The position numbers were made by a program, and so were the translations under genes. Source: a bacterium (GTDB taxonomy: Bacteria > Patescibacteriota > Patescibacteriia > 2-12-FULL-60-25). From it: a stretch of 64,000 nucleotides of DNA. Of this stretch, positions 27,101 through 37,311 are shown one piece after another. Position 1 is the first letter of the stretch. The number at the start of each line of letters is the position of its first letter. The notes under the pieces were generated by a model that worked only from the letters and a program-made list of their open reading frames with translations, was not told the origin of the DNA and ran no database searches. Location: NCBI GenBank assembly GCA_021796435.1, contig JAJYXM010000016.1, positions 438,625 through 502,624 on the forward strand. The letters run 5' to 3'.

Positions 27101-27174
27101 ACGTTCCAGGTCTGAAGACCATAAATACGGGGCTTTACATTTTTCAGCGCGTTCTCTAAGTTCAATTGTAGATT

Positions 27175-29064
27175 ATGTGCGGAATCGCGGGTGTCATCAA
27201 AGCAGACGGATCCGCTCCTGAAGAGGGGTTGCTTAGGTCAATGTCGCAAAGCATCGCACATCGCGGTCCGGATGGTTCGGGTATCTGGTCGATGCCGGGA
27301 GTAGGTTTGGTGCATAGGCGTTTGGCGATCATCGAACTGAACGATTTCGGCCATCAGCCGATGGTCGATGAGACGGGTAATCTGGCTTTGGTCTTCAACG
27401 GCGAGATCTATAACTATAAGCAGCTGCGTGACGAGCTGATCGCATTGGGTACTCGATTCCGTACGAACACGGATACGGAAGTGATAATCGAAGCGTATCG
27501 TGTCTGGGGAACTGGCTGCCTGAAGAGATTCCGTGGCATGTTCGCCTTCGCGTTGTGGGACAGACGAGAGAACAGACTGTTCGCCGCCCGTGATGCGATT
27601 GGTAAGAAGCCGTTTTTTTACGCCCTGACCGCTGATGGCGATCTAGCCTTCGCTTCAGAGATCAAAGCCATACGTGAGTTCATGCCGCTGCGTCCGGATT
27701 GGAACGCCGTACGTCTGTTCTTAGGTTTGCAGTACGTACCTTCTCCCTTGAGCGGATTCGAAGGCGTGAGGCAGCTCCCGCCCGGTCATTATTTGGTTTG
27801 GCAGGACGGTCAATTGGACGTGGCGAGACATAATGACTGGAACGATTACCGCAATCTCGGCGAGCATGATGATTCCGTCCGCGAAGACTTGTTGGCGAAC
27901 ACACTACTCCAAAAACTGGAAGATTCGGTCGCGGCAAGGCAACTTGCGGCCGATGTACCAGTCGGGGCATTCCTTTCCGGCGGCATAGATTCGGCGGCGG
28001 TCGTGGCAATGGCCGTGAAACACGTCACACGGCCCCTACAGACATTCACCATGGGTTTCCCGGTCATGCGGTTGGACGAAAGACGTGAAGCAAGGGCGGT
28101 CGCCAAGCATTTCAACACCGACCATTACGAATTCGAGGCGAGACCGGATGACATGATGGCTCTGTTGGACGAGTTGGTGGCGCATTATGATGCGCCGTAT
28201 GCCGATTCATCCTCTTTGCCTGTATGGTTGTTGTCGAAAGAGACGGCCAAAGAGATCAAAGTCGTATTGAATGGCGACGGCGGCGATGAACTTTTCGGCG
28301 GTTATCGTCGTTATGGCGCATATGAAAGGGCATTACGCCTGTGCGAGGTCCCGGTGATAGGTTCCGTGGCCGCGCCGGCTTCGATGTACGTCGGTAAGGT
28401 CTTGCGGGACGTACGGTTCAAGCGCATGGGCGAAACGGTCAGGACGCTGAGAGTCTGTCGTGAGCTGGCCTACGGCGAATTGTTTTGTGGTTCATATTTT
28501 TCGACCAAGCGCCTGCCCAGCGTCTTCAGACGCGACTTCCTGGATAAGACAGAGGGTGCGGACGCGGTACAGTTCGTGGCGAAACAGATGGATGGGGGAT
28601 TCGGTCTGCGGGCCGCGATGTTCTTCGATCTGACCTCTTATCTGCCGGATGACCTGAACGCGAAGATGGATCGGGCGACGATGCGCTTCGGGTTGGAGGC
28701 AAGAGCTCCTTTCCTGGATCAGGAGATGGTGAAATTCGCGCTTTCCGTCCCGCTGAAATATAAAATCAACCGCGGGAAGAAGAAGATCTTGCTGAAGCGC
28801 GCATTGGAAGGGATCCTGCCAGAAGAAGTGTTGAACCGGCCAAAACGCGGTTTCCAGGTCCCGTTGGCCGAATGGTTCCGTGGGCCGATGGCGAAGGTGC
28901 TCGAAGAAAGGTGTTTGGGTACAGATAGTCCGTTGCGGAGCATAACGGACGAAGATGGCGTAAGGCGATTGATCAGCCGGAACAAACAAGGTTTCGATCA
29001 CGGCAACCGTTTGTGGATGCTGTTGACCTTGGCGAGTTGGCTCGAAAAGAATTCCGGCTTATGA
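27175..29064 (+). CDS. asnB: Asparagine synthase (glutamine-hydrolysing) family amidotransferase, paralogue 1
   Basis: N-terminal nucleophile MCGIAGV, class-II GATase domain, and Asn-synthase PP-loop domain (LSGGIDSAAV). The length of 629 aa is typical of AsnB/WbpS/PseA-like enzymes. Confidence 0.85.
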   Translation: MCGIAGVIKADGSAPEEGLLRSMSQSIAHRGPDGSGIWSMPGVGLVHRRLAIIELNDFGHQPMVDETGNLALVFNGEIYNYKQLRDELIALGTRFRTNTDTEVIIEAYRVWGTGCLKRFRGMFAFALWDRRENRLFAARDAIGKKPFFYALTADGDLAFASEIKAIREFMPLRPDWNAVRLFLGLQYVPSPLSGFEGVRQLPPGHYLVWQDGQLDVARHNDWNDYRNLGEHDDSVREDLLANTLLQKLEDSVAARQLAADVPVGAFLSGGIDSAAVVAMAVKHVTRPLQTFTMGFPVMRLDERREARAVAKHFNTDHYEFEARPDDMMALLDELVAHYDAPYADSSSLPVWLLSKETAKEIKVVLNGDGGDELFGGYRRYGAYERALRLCEVPVIGSVAAPASMYVGKVLRDVRFKRMGETVRTLRVCRELAYGELFCGSYFSTKRLPSVFRRDFLDKTEGADAVQFVAKQMDGGFGLRAAMFFDLTSYLPDDLNAKMDRATMRFGLEARAPFLDQEMVKFALSVPLKYKINRGKKKILLKRALEGILPEEVLNRPKRGFQVPLAEWFRGPMAKVLEERCLGTDSPLRSITDEDGVRRLISRNKQGFDHGNRLWMLLTLASWLEKNSGL

Positions 29065-30176
29065 AGATCGTGATCGTCACGCCGCTTTATCCGCCGGATA
29101 TCGGAAGGCCGTCAGAATACGTCAAAGGACTTGCGGAGCGGGCGAAAGGATCGTTCGACGTCACCGTAATGACATACGGGTCTATCCCGGAGGAAGTCCC
29201 GGGGGTCCACATATGCGCGGCGCATAAGGACTGGCCAATCCCGTTGCGCATGGTCGAGTTCACTTTTCGTCTGTGGAAAGAAACTCACCAAGCCAATGCG
29301 CTGTGGGTCTGTGATGGAGCATCGATCGGTCTGCCGTCGGTCATCGTCGGGAAATTGCGCGGCATCCCGATCTTACGTTACGTATTGATGGATGAGGCTC
29401 GGGAGAGGGAGGCGCAATCTCGTACAGGAACCGACGGAAAGATATCGAGCGGAGCGAGATTGAAAGTGAAGACGGTACGCGCGCTGCAGGATTTCGTCTT
29501 AAAACAAGCTTACAGGGTCTGTGTTCCCACTGCGTCGCAGGAGTTCGGCCTGGTCAAAATTGAATCTTCGCGGGTAGAGATGTTGCCATTCCCCGCGGAG
29601 GGGCTACAGATCGCACCGTTCCCTCCAGAAAAACATCCTTGTGAGGTGTTGACGTTCGCCTGGTGCTTGAAGCCGGATGATGTGCGGACTTTGGTCTTGG
29701 CCCTGAAAGAGGCCGCCTCCGTACAGCCTGAGCTGCACCTGACGATAATGAGTGAGGCGCCATGGAAAGATGAGGCCATCAAGTTCGCGCAAGAATCGGG
29801 CGTCGCGGACAAGATTCGCTTTTTGGGTTATGTATCACGCGTAGAGACGGCTTTTCTGTTGCGTTCTTCGGGTTTGTTTTTCCTGGGACAAGGCGATTCC
29901 GATCTGCACCGCGAGGTAGCGATGGCATTTGAAGCGGGTATCCCGATCGTCGCGACGGAAAGTGACGACCATAAGGAAATGATCATGCATGGCACGTCTG
30001 GGTTGCTTGTCCCGCCTGGGGACGTCAGAGCATCAGCGATGGCGATCGAACGACTTATCGAAGATGCCGTTCTTCGTGACGTTTTAATCGAAGGAGGAAA
30101 GCGGGAGCTCAAGGCGAAGTTCAGCTGGGATGCCCACCTTGATGCCTTCAGACGCATGGTCGAAAATGCGCGATGA
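29061..30176 (+). CDS. GT4-like glycosyltransferase, translationally coupled to asnB paralogue 1 (ATGA overlap)
   Basis: Start ATG 29061-63 overlaps the asnB stop TGA 29062-64. The N-terminus is MKIVIVTPLYPPDIG and the C-terminal motif is AMAFEAGIPIVATESDDHKEMIMHGTSGLLVPPGD. Confidence 0.65.
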   Translation: MKIVIVTPLYPPDIGRPSEYVKGLAERAKGSFDVTVMTYGSIPEEVPGVHICAAHKDWPIPLRMVEFTFRLWKETHQANALWVCDGASIGLPSVIVGKLRGIPILRYVLMDEAREREAQSRTGTDGKISSGARLKVKTVRALQDFVLKQAYRVCVPTASQEFGLVKIESSRVEMLPFPAEGLQIAPFPPEKHPCEVLTFAWCLKPDDVRTLVLALKEAASVQPELHLTIMSEAPWKDEAIKFAQESGVADKIRFLGYVSRVETAFLLRSSGLFFLGQGDSDLHREVAMAFEAGIPIVATESDDHKEMIMHGTSGLLVPPGDVRASAMAIERLIEDAVLRDVLIEGGKRELKAKFSWDAHLDAFRRMVENAR

Positions 30177-31269
30177 TATGGGTATGATCGACGCCAAAAC
30201 CACATGGGAAAGATATTGTGCCGAAGAATTGGTACGCACACGTCCCATCTTGGAACGACATGGGTTTGAGTTGGACGAGACGCAGGTACACCTTGGAGGG
30301 GAGCGCGCCGTGATAAGCGGCAACAAATTGGTGCTCGTCGGACGACGAATCGCTGACGGGAAGAGGGTGATCATCAAAGCCAGCAGTCAAGATGACGGAA
30401 AGCGTGAATTACTTCAGGAGCGGACAAGCCGCGAGCTCCTGCGGCGCATCAACTTCGCCTATGCCGTGCTGCTGTCTCCGGAGGATCTAGGATGGTTCGA
30501 GGAGGGCGGTTCCATAGTGTCCGTCACCGCATTCCTCGAACAGGATCATGCGTTTTTGGAGCGTCCCTTGATCGAGCAATTCTTCCTGGCCATGAAGGCT
30601 TTCGAGATACAGGAGAGCTTCCATGCCGCGACATACGAACAGACACGATCGATCCAGGGTGTATTAGGTTTTTATCATGCCACGACATATCTCGAACGAT
30701 TCGAAGACTATCGGCGTGCGATCCTTGTGCGTAAGCTCGAGCGTTCTGGCGTCGAATCCATGCTCGATCGGGCTGCAAAGAAACTGGAAGACGGCAAGGA
30801 GAGGATCGAGCAGTACGGAGGATTCCTGACGCATACGGATTTTGTCCCGCATAATTTCCGCATCATCGGACGTGACATCTATCTGCTCGACCATTCTTCC
30901 ATCAGGTTCGGCAACAAATATGAGGGTTGGGCACGATTCCTCAATTTCATGCTATTGCATCATCGTGAGCTTGAGACCGCGGTCCTGAAGTATTTGGCGA
31001 ATAACAGGACGTACGAAGAGTCGGAGGCACTTGTTCTTATGCGGATATACCGTTTGGCGGAGATCGTGGCCTATTACGTAAAGCGTCTGGAGAGGTCAAC
31101 CGGCAATCTGCACGAACTGGATAGTGCGCGGGTGGAATTCTGGTTGGATGCATTGGAGGCACAGGTAGATGGAAAGCCTTTATCGGAGGAGCGCATCCGA
31201 GCCTACAGACAAAAAAGAGACGCCCTACGAAGCGAGGATGAAAAACAAAGGCAACGCGGGTTGCATTGA
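30166..31269 (+). CDS. Phosphotransferase (APH / choline-kinase-like) family protein
   Basis: A catalytic-loop-like HTDFVPHNF and LLDHSS (the H-x-D-x4-N ... D pattern of APH/ChoK kinases). The start is ambiguous among ATGs at 30166, 30178 and 30184. Confidence 0.4.
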   Translation: MRDDMGMIDAKTTWERYCAEELVRTRPILERHGFELDETQVHLGGERAVISGNKLVLVGRRIADGKRVIIKASSQDDGKRELLQERTSRELLRRINFAYAVLLSPEDLGWFEEGGSIVSVTAFLEQDHAFLERPLIEQFFLAMKAFEIQESFHAATYEQTRSIQGVLGFYHATTYLERFEDYRRAILVRKLERSGVESMLDRAAKKLEDGKERIEQYGGFLTHTDFVPHNFRIIGRDIYLLDHSSIRFGNKYEGWARFLNFMLLHHRELETAVLKYLANNRTYEESEALVLMRIYRLAEIVAYYVKRLERSTGNLHELDSARVEFWLDALEAQVDGKPLSEERIRAYRQKRDALRSEDEKQRQRGLH

Positions 31270-31356
31270 TTTGGCGAGGATTAATCGAAATGGCGTTCTT
31301 GTCGCTGCGTAACTTGGCCGTTTTTTTGTTCAATTTGTCTCAAACGTCGGATTGTT

Positions 31357-32568
31357 TTAATCCCAAAGTCGGTCAAAGATATGTGTTTTCATGTCTTTGG
31401 CGATAGCATCCCAATCGTATGACCGTAGTATCAGCGCACGCGCGTTCTCTGTGGTCTGACGCACTTCATCCGGATGTGAAAGGATATATCCGATCGTTTC
31501 CGCGATCTGTTCCGGCCTGTCGGGGTCTACGGCCCAACCAGTCGGAGTCTTGTCCGGATTGCGTTTAGCATCGAAGAGGAATTCGGCGATGCCGCCGGAC
31601 TGCGAAGCGACGACGGGCAGTTTCGAGGCCATGGCCGAAAGGAACGCGTTGCCCAAACCCTCAGTGCGGCTTGGACCGACGAAGATGTCGGCAGCTTTGC
31701 GGTAGGCTGTGACTTGTGAACGGTCTACCCGTCCGGTGAAAGTCAAGCGGTCCGCTACATCGAGTTCCTGCGAAAGATCCTTGAGCATCTTCTCGTCCGG
31801 GCCGTCGCCGACAAGCACGAGGCGGACGTTCTTCGGCAAAAGAGGTAATGCGCGGATGACCGTATCATGTCCTTTCTGGTGAACAAGCCGCGCGGTGTTC
31901 ATCAGGATGATTTGGCCGGGTCGCTTATCGATCGTTTGTTTGGCTTTCTCGATCTCTTCGGCCGAAACGTCCTGATGGATATCCCTTGGGTTGGCGCCGT
32001 TATGGATTATCTCCAATGGACCTTTGAAACCGCGTTTTTTGGCCCAGTCGGCGAGATAGGTGGAGATGGCTTGGATCATGGTCGCTTGGGTGAAAGCCCG
32101 TGTGAATAGGGGCCAGAGCGGTCGCATGACGTGTTCGATGTGTTCGATCGGATCGCCTTCCTGCAGGGTCAGGAGATAGGGGACACTGGGGTGGCAGAGC
32201 TTGAAGATAGCTGCAGGTACGCCGGATGAGTGCGCCATGAGCGCCCAGATCGCATCGAATTTGAGTTTCTTGTGCAGCCGGCAGGCAGTCCAGGCGGCAT
32301 AGAACTGGAAGAGCGGCTTGTTGAGTTTAAGCGGCCAGCGCCCCAGGTCCTCGAAGGTGGGTTTTTTTGAGGTGAAACCGATCCGATGGACGGTGACATT
32401 GCCGATTTTTTCGGTCTTCGGAAGTCCGCTGTCGAAACGCAAGGTCACCAGGTGGAACTCTATTTCGTCCGGGCTGATGCGGTCCGTGATCTCTTTTACC
32501 GCTGCCTCTGCGCCACTGACGAAGCTCGGATAGTACGTCAGCGAAAATATGAGTATGCGTTTTTTCAT
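31357..32568 (-). CDS. GT4 glycosyltransferase
   Basis: The start was chosen at MKKRILIFSLTYYPSFVSGAEAA (the ORF track extends 8 codons further). The C-terminal motif is GPSRTEGLGNAFLSAMASKLPVVASQSGGIAEFL. Confidence 0.75.
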   Translation of the reverse strand: MKKRILIFSLTYYPSFVSGAEAAVKEITDRISPDEIEFHLVTLRFDSGLPKTEKIGNVTVHRIGFTSKKPTFEDLGRWPLKLNKPLFQFYAAWTACRLHKKLKFDAIWALMAHSSGVPAAIFKLCHPSVPYLLTLQEGDPIEHIEHVMRPLWPLFTRAFTQATMIQAISTYLADWAKKRGFKGPLEIIHNGANPRDIHQDVSAEEIEKAKQTIDKRPGQIILMNTARLVHQKGHDTVIRALPLLPKNVRLVLVGDGPDEKMLKDLSQELDVADRLTFTGRVDRSQVTAYRKAADIFVGPSRTEGLGNAFLSAMASKLPVVASQSGGIAEFLFDAKRNPDKTPTGWAVDPDRPEQIAETIGYILSHPDEVRQTTENARALILRSYDWDAIAKDMKTHIFDRLWD

Positions 32569-32670
32569 ATGTCGTCGATTCACAATGGCCATGTCATCCT
32601 CCGGCTTGACCGGGGGATCCGGTAGCCAGATTTCCCGGTTGAATCGTGGAATGACACATGCGTCTCTAGA

Positions 32671-33540
32671 TTACATCTGTCGTTTAGCCTCCTCAATGTA
32701 TTCCTTCAGTGACCTGGCTTGCTTCCATCCGAGAGCGGAGATCTTATCCGAGTTGGGGACTGCATCTTCACGCGTCGTTTTGGTCGGAGGCAGCATCGTG
32801 ATCTTTCCGCCGAACATCTCCGCGACTTCAAGCAGGGAATAGTCGTCATCCGACGAGATGCCGTAATCGTCGCCTTCACCTTTTTCACCAGCGAGAAGTA
32901 TGCCGGAGATCGTGTCAGCGACATGCGTGAAGAGACGGCGCTGCGTGCCGGGGGAGCGGACGGTCAAAGGTTCACCTTTAAGGAATTGCTGACGGAAAGT
33001 CTCGATGACCGTGCCATATCCGTCGAAGGCGCGTTCGCCTGGACCATACACGTTGTAGAAATAGGTGATGGCATAAGGAAGCGCATACCAGCGGCCGTAG
33101 TCGTTCACGAGGTCAGACATGGCGGCTTTGGCCCAGGTGTACGGTGCCAAGTCCTTGCCGAGAGTCCCATCCGCACGCGGGCCGACGCCTTTGGTGGAGG
33201 AACCGGCGTAGACCAATTTGCATCCGTGACCACGCCAGAATTCCAAGACGCCGAGCGTACCTGCGATATTGAGATCCCAGATTAATCCCGGTTCTTCCAG
33301 ACTTTGTGCGACGCGTGAATATTCTCCAAGGTGGTAGATGATATCCGGCCTTACGTCGATGTGGCGCGCGATGTCTTTGGTGTGGCCTTCGACATATGCG
33401 ACGCCTGCCACGTGGTTATCGCGTGAACCGGTGAAGTAGTTGTCGAGGCAAATGACGCGATGCCCGGATTGTGCCAAGGCTGCGCAGAGATGTGAGCCGA
33501 CGAATCCGGCTCCTCCGGTGACTAGGATGGTTTGAGGCAT
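32671..33540 (-). CDS. NAD-dependent epimerase/dehydratase (SDR), UDP-glucuronate decarboxylase (UXS)-like
   Basis: The true start is at MPQTILVTGGAGFVGSHLCAALAQSGHRVICLDNYFTGSRDNH (Rossmann GxxGxxG plus the UXS-like DNYFTG motif). The ORF track's longer 388-aa form has an implausible 99-aa leader. Confidence 0.65.
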   Translation of the reverse strand: MPQTILVTGGAGFVGSHLCAALAQSGHRVICLDNYFTGSRDNHVAGVAYVEGHTKDIARHIDVRPDIIYHLGEYSRVAQSLEEPGLIWDLNIAGTLGVLEFWRGHGCKLVYAGSSTKGVGPRADGTLGKDLAPYTWAKAAMSDLVNDYGRWYALPYAITYFYNVYGPGERAFDGYGTVIETFRQQFLKGEPLTVRSPGTQRRLFTHVADTISGILLAGEKGEGDDYGISSDDDYSLLEVAEMFGGKITMLPPTKTTREDAVPNSDKISALGWKQARSLKEYIEEAKRQM

Positions 33541-33667
33541 ATGTCGGATAAAGGGTAGTATTTTTAGTGGTTTTGCGCAATGAAAGCGGTTGAATGACGA
33601 TTGACGCGGTGGGCGTCTTATGTTATCAAGCCTGCATCTGTCCTTTCGGCAATCGAGGTGATATCCG

Positions 33668-34438
33668 ATGATCGAGATAAAGACCGATGTGAACAAGCTG
33701 ATCGTCCGGCCGACGCCGGAAGAGGTGAAGGAGATTTTTGCCCATGCGCCGCATGTCGCGGAGAAGATCCTGCGGCATCTGTCCCGACAGACGGGTCGGG
33801 CGGAAGCGGGCGAGACGGAATGCTTGGCGATCGCCACGTTGGACTACAACCCGTACTACGTCCAGGTCATCTATGACACGCTGAAGCGCAACGGGAAGAA
33901 GGGATCGCAGTTCATGCGGTTTTACTACTTCACCGAAGCCATGCGTTGCCTGGCGGTGACCGAAGATGCACGGGTCGTGATGATCCGGGAATTCAGGCGG
34001 ACCCGCGGCGAGTGGGTGCAGATGCTTCCGGCTGGCGGAGCCAAGGCGGGCAAGGTGCTTGAGGTGATGGTGCGCGAGCTCTTCGCCGAAGCGGGTGCCC
34101 GGCTGACCGACGGAAGCCGCGTCGTCAGCCTGGGACGCAGGTACATGGACGACGGCATCTTCTCGGAGCGACTCAATCTCTTGGCGGCCGATCGACTGCA
34201 CGTCGACGCGATCCATTCGAATGAAGAAGAGTGCATTTCCGGCACAGTACTGGTGCCGTGGCGCGAGTGGCGTGCGAATGCGCTGGACGGCATGTACGAC
34301 GACGTCTTCTGCGAGCTCCTGGCGGGCCGCTGCACGTATGATTTCCGCGCCAAGCGGATCAGGGTGCGGGGAAAGACGGATGTGCTCGTCAAGCAGCAGG
34401 CCGTAACGACTGCGGTCGCGACAATCGGAGGTGACTGA
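33668..34438 (+). CDS. Hypothetical protein with a degenerate Nudix-like box
   Basis: EWVQMLPAGGAKAGKVLEVMVRELFAEAGA approximates Gx5Ex7REUxEExGU with substitutions. The antisense 329-aa ORF is Arg/Ser/Pro-rich and was judged spurious. Confidence 0.4.
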   Translation: MIEIKTDVNKLIVRPTPEEVKEIFAHAPHVAEKILRHLSRQTGRAEAGETECLAIATLDYNPYYVQVIYDTLKRNGKKGSQFMRFYYFTEAMRCLAVTEDARVVMIREFRRTRGEWVQMLPAGGAKAGKVLEVMVRELFAEAGARLTDGSRVVSLGRRYMDDGIFSERLNLLAADRLHVDAIHSNEEECISGTVLVPWREWRANALDGMYDDVFCELLAGRCTYDFRAKRIRVRGKTDVLVKQQAVTTAVATIGGD

Positions 34439-35057
34439 AGTGGTGACTGCGATATTGACCGACTTCGGGAAGGTGGTGTGCGACTTCAATCGCGATTGGG
34501 TCATCGCCGGATTCTGCTCACGTCTGCCTGGCACGCCGTCCGAGGTCATCAAGGAAGCCCTAAGCGGAGAGAAGGGACGAACGCTGCTCCGCGAGTTCGA
34601 ATGCGGGAGCATCACGGAAGATGACTATGCGAGGCGTCTCCTGTCGCTCATGGGGGTAAAAGGCATGGGACGCGAGAAGTTCTGGCGCATCCACGTCAAC
34701 ATGTTCACACCCAACTGGGACGTCATCCGGCTGTGGCAAGAGCTGCAGCGCGTCCATGGGGTGAAGCTGGTGGCTGTGACCGACACCGATCCGCGGCGTC
34801 TGGAATACATGAAGACCATCTCCATGCTCAAGTTCGATGGCGTCGCCGCAAGCTTCATGGTCGGACATCAGAAGCCGCACGAGAGCATCTTCAAACTAGC
34901 CTTGGAAGTCGCGGAAGTTACGCCTGAACAGTGCATCTTCGTGGATGACATCGAGGCGAACGTCCAGGCAGCAGAGAAGCTCGGTATCAACGCCATAACG
35001 TTCAGCGATGCGCCGCATCTCATGCATCGGCTGTGTCACTTCGGCTTGGTACTTTGA
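34431..35057 (+). CDS. HAD-superfamily hydrolase (HAD-IA-like phosphatase)
   Basis: Motif I-like ILTDFGKVV, motif II VAVTDTD, motif III/IV K...FVDDIEANVQAAEKLGINAI. A GTG start is assumed. Confidence 0.55.
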   Translation: MTEVVTAILTDFGKVVCDFNRDWVIAGFCSRLPGTPSEVIKEALSGEKGRTLLREFECGSITEDDYARRLLSLMGVKGMGREKFWRIHVNMFTPNWDVIRLWQELQRVHGVKLVAVTDTDPRRLEYMKTISMLKFDGVAASFMVGHQKPHESIFKLALEVAEVTPEQCIFVDDIEANVQAAEKLGINAITFSDAPHLMHRLCHFGLVL

Positions 35058-35139
35058 GCCGTCAGCGCCCTGCGGAGAAGCTATCCGCAGGGCGTTTACT
35101 TTTGCCCCAATCTACCGTAAAGTTGCGGTATAACCAAAG

Positions 35140-36264
35140 ATGAGAATCGTCTTAGCGACAGGCATATATCCGCCTGAAATAGGAGGTCCGGCGAGTTTCA
35201 CGCGCGAGTTGGCACGTGAGCTAAAAAAACGTGGCCATGAGGCGTCGGTTGTTTGTTATGGGGACGAGAAGACGTTGACCGATGAGGGCTGGGAAGTCGT
35301 CGCGGTCTCCCGTGCCGGCGGTCCGTTATTCAGATATCTTCGTTATGCCTGGAAAGTTTTTTTTATGGCGCGGATGTCTGATGTGGTTTTTCTGCAGGGG
35401 CCGGTTTCGGAAGGGCTGCCTGGCACCATCGGTGCCATCTTGGCGGGCAAACCGACGATGATGAAGATAGTCGGGGACTACGCTTGGGAAATCTATCGGC
35501 AGAAATCCGAGCGCAACAGTGAATTGCTGGACGAATTCGTCACGCATCGACACGCCGGCACGGTCAGGATCCTCGAATCCATCGAGAGATGGACGACACG
35601 GCGTGCGACTCTTGTGGTGACGCCGAGCCGTTTCCTGAAGACCATCGTCATGGCTTGGGGCGTACTTCCGGAAAAGATAAAAGTCATCTACAACACGATA
35701 CCGCCGTTGCCCTCTACGGAGGCGCGTGACGTCCTGCGCGGACGTGTTGGCCTTGAAGAAAAAAAAGTCATCCTGACCGTGGTGCGCGCGGTCCCCTGGA
35801 AGCATGTAGATTTTTTATGCGATGTCCTGTCTAGATTGCCGGAAGATTTCAGATTAGTGCATGTGGGCGACGGGCCGTCCTTGGCAACATGGAAAAAACG
35901 CGCACAGGAATTAGGTGTAGCCGATCGAGTGATTTTCGCGGGCAAGCAACCGCGTGAGAAGGTGGCGGAATGGTATGCGATGGCTGACGTTTTCGCGTTA
36001 CCCTCCGGCTACGAGGGTTTTCCGCACGTGGTCGCCGAGGCCGCATCCGTCGGTCTGCCGAGCGTGGTCAGCGATAAAGGAGGCAACCCGGAAACGCAAG
36101 AATTATTCCCGCGATTCGTCGAAGTCGCGCCATATCTGGATGTCACGGCTTGGACTGACGCTTTGGGCCGGCCAAGGCAAAGGCTACAGCCCGAGTTCGT
36201 GCAGAGCTTCGGGGAATTGGCCGACGAATATATCAAGATGATGCAAAAAGTATGCGGGTGCTGA
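35140..36264 (+). CDS. GT4 glycosyltransferase
   Basis: MRIVLATGIYPPEIGGPASFTRELARELKKRGHEASVV and ADVFALPSGYEGFPHVVAEAASVGLPSVVSDKGGNPE. Confidence 0.8.
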   Translation: MRIVLATGIYPPEIGGPASFTRELARELKKRGHEASVVCYGDEKTLTDEGWEVVAVSRAGGPLFRYLRYAWKVFFMARMSDVVFLQGPVSEGLPGTIGAILAGKPTMMKIVGDYAWEIYRQKSERNSELLDEFVTHRHAGTVRILESIERWTTRRATLVVTPSRFLKTIVMAWGVLPEKIKVIYNTIPPLPSTEARDVLRGRVGLEEKKVILTVVRAVPWKHVDFLCDVLSRLPEDFRLVHVGDGPSLATWKKRAQELGVADRVIFAGKQPREKVAEWYAMADVFALPSGYEGFPHVVAEAASVGLPSVVSDKGGNPETQELFPRFVEVAPYLDVTAWTDALGRPRQRLQPEFVQSFGELADEYIKMMQKVCGC

Positions 36265-37301
36265 TGTTGAGCCGTGACGCTTCGGGGTTGAAGCCTGATT
36301 CATCGACCGCGAAGCGTTGGCGTCTTTTACGCGACGCGGGTGTCGAACTCGAGGTCATCGTCGCATCAAGAGGAACCGGTTCCTGGGAAGAGACGGGGCT
36401 GAAAGTCAGAGGGACGGGTGGCGATGTCCTGACCAAGTGGTGGAATGCTTGGAAACTAGCCCGGTACGCGGCACACGGTACGCGGTACGATCTAGTTACG
36501 GCCCAGGATCCTTTTGAGCTCGGTCTCATCGGTCATCTCTTATCGAGTAAGCTGCATATCCCGTTCGAGATCCAGGATCACGGAGGATTTTTTGATGGAG
36601 AAAAAGCTGATGAGCCGTTGTGGTCCTTGCGTTCGAGGATGGCCAGTTGGTTGGCGAAGCGGGCGAATCTGATACGCACGGTCAGCCCGAGAAGTCTTGA
36701 TGAGTTGAAGAAGGACGGATCGGGAAAAAAAGTTTATTGGATGCCGATCTCCGCGGAGTCGAGGTTCGCGGGGCTTGAGCGCGCAGCGGAACCTTTCCAT
36801 GTGGTGAGCGTCGGCAGATTGGTGACGGTGAAGGATTTCGATCTGCTGATCAAGTCTTTCGCCATGCTCAAACAGAGACATGGAGAAGCGAGGCTGACTA
36901 TCGTAGGCGAGGGAGCGGAGAGACGGAATCTAGAGGACTTGGTGCAGAGCCTGGATCTCGTCGGTTCGGTGGATCTGCCAGGAGCGGGTGACCCGGCGCC
37001 TTTCCTGAAGAAAGCGGCGGTGTTCGTGATGCTTTCGAGACATGAAGGATGGGGCATCGCTTCCATCGAAGCGGCTTTGGCGGGCGTGCCGATAGTCATG
37101 ACCGATACCGGTTGTGCACGATGGTTAGAGAAGCGCGTTGGGGCTAGCGTAGTCAGCACCGATGAAAAAGAACCGGAAAAGATAAGCAGATCCATCGAAG
37201 CGCAGGCAAAATCGTCAGGCATGAGATTGGATGCGTCTTCGCTCGAGACGCAAGAGCAGGCTACAGCGACGCAGGTGGCGAGATGGTCTGAATTATGTTA
37301 G
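36252..37301 (+). CDS. GT4 glycosyltransferase
   Basis: MRVLMLSRDASG ... VMLSRHEGWGIASIEAALAGVPIVMTDTGCA. It overlaps the upstream gene by 13 nt. Confidence 0.75.
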   Translation: MRVLMLSRDASGLKPDSSTAKRWRLLRDAGVELEVIVASRGTGSWEETGLKVRGTGGDVLTKWWNAWKLARYAAHGTRYDLVTAQDPFELGLIGHLLSSKLHIPFEIQDHGGFFDGEKADEPLWSLRSRMASWLAKRANLIRTVSPRSLDELKKDGSGKKVYWMPISAESRFAGLERAAEPFHVVSVGRLVTVKDFDLLIKSFAMLKQRHGEARLTIVGEGAERRNLEDLVQSLDLVGSVDLPGAGDPAPFLKKAAVFVMLSRHEGWGIASIEAALAGVPIVMTDTGCARWLEKRVGASVVSTDEKEPEKISRSIEAQAKSSGMRLDASSLETQEQATATQVARWSELC

Positions 37302-37311
37302 TTTTCCTGAT

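Noticed and set aside
33626-34615. 329-aa minus-strand ORF antisense to 33668..34438
   Set aside because: The product is Arg/Ser/Pro-rich and featureless. The + strand ORF has balanced composition, a Nudix-like box and is co-directional with the downstream HAD gene.
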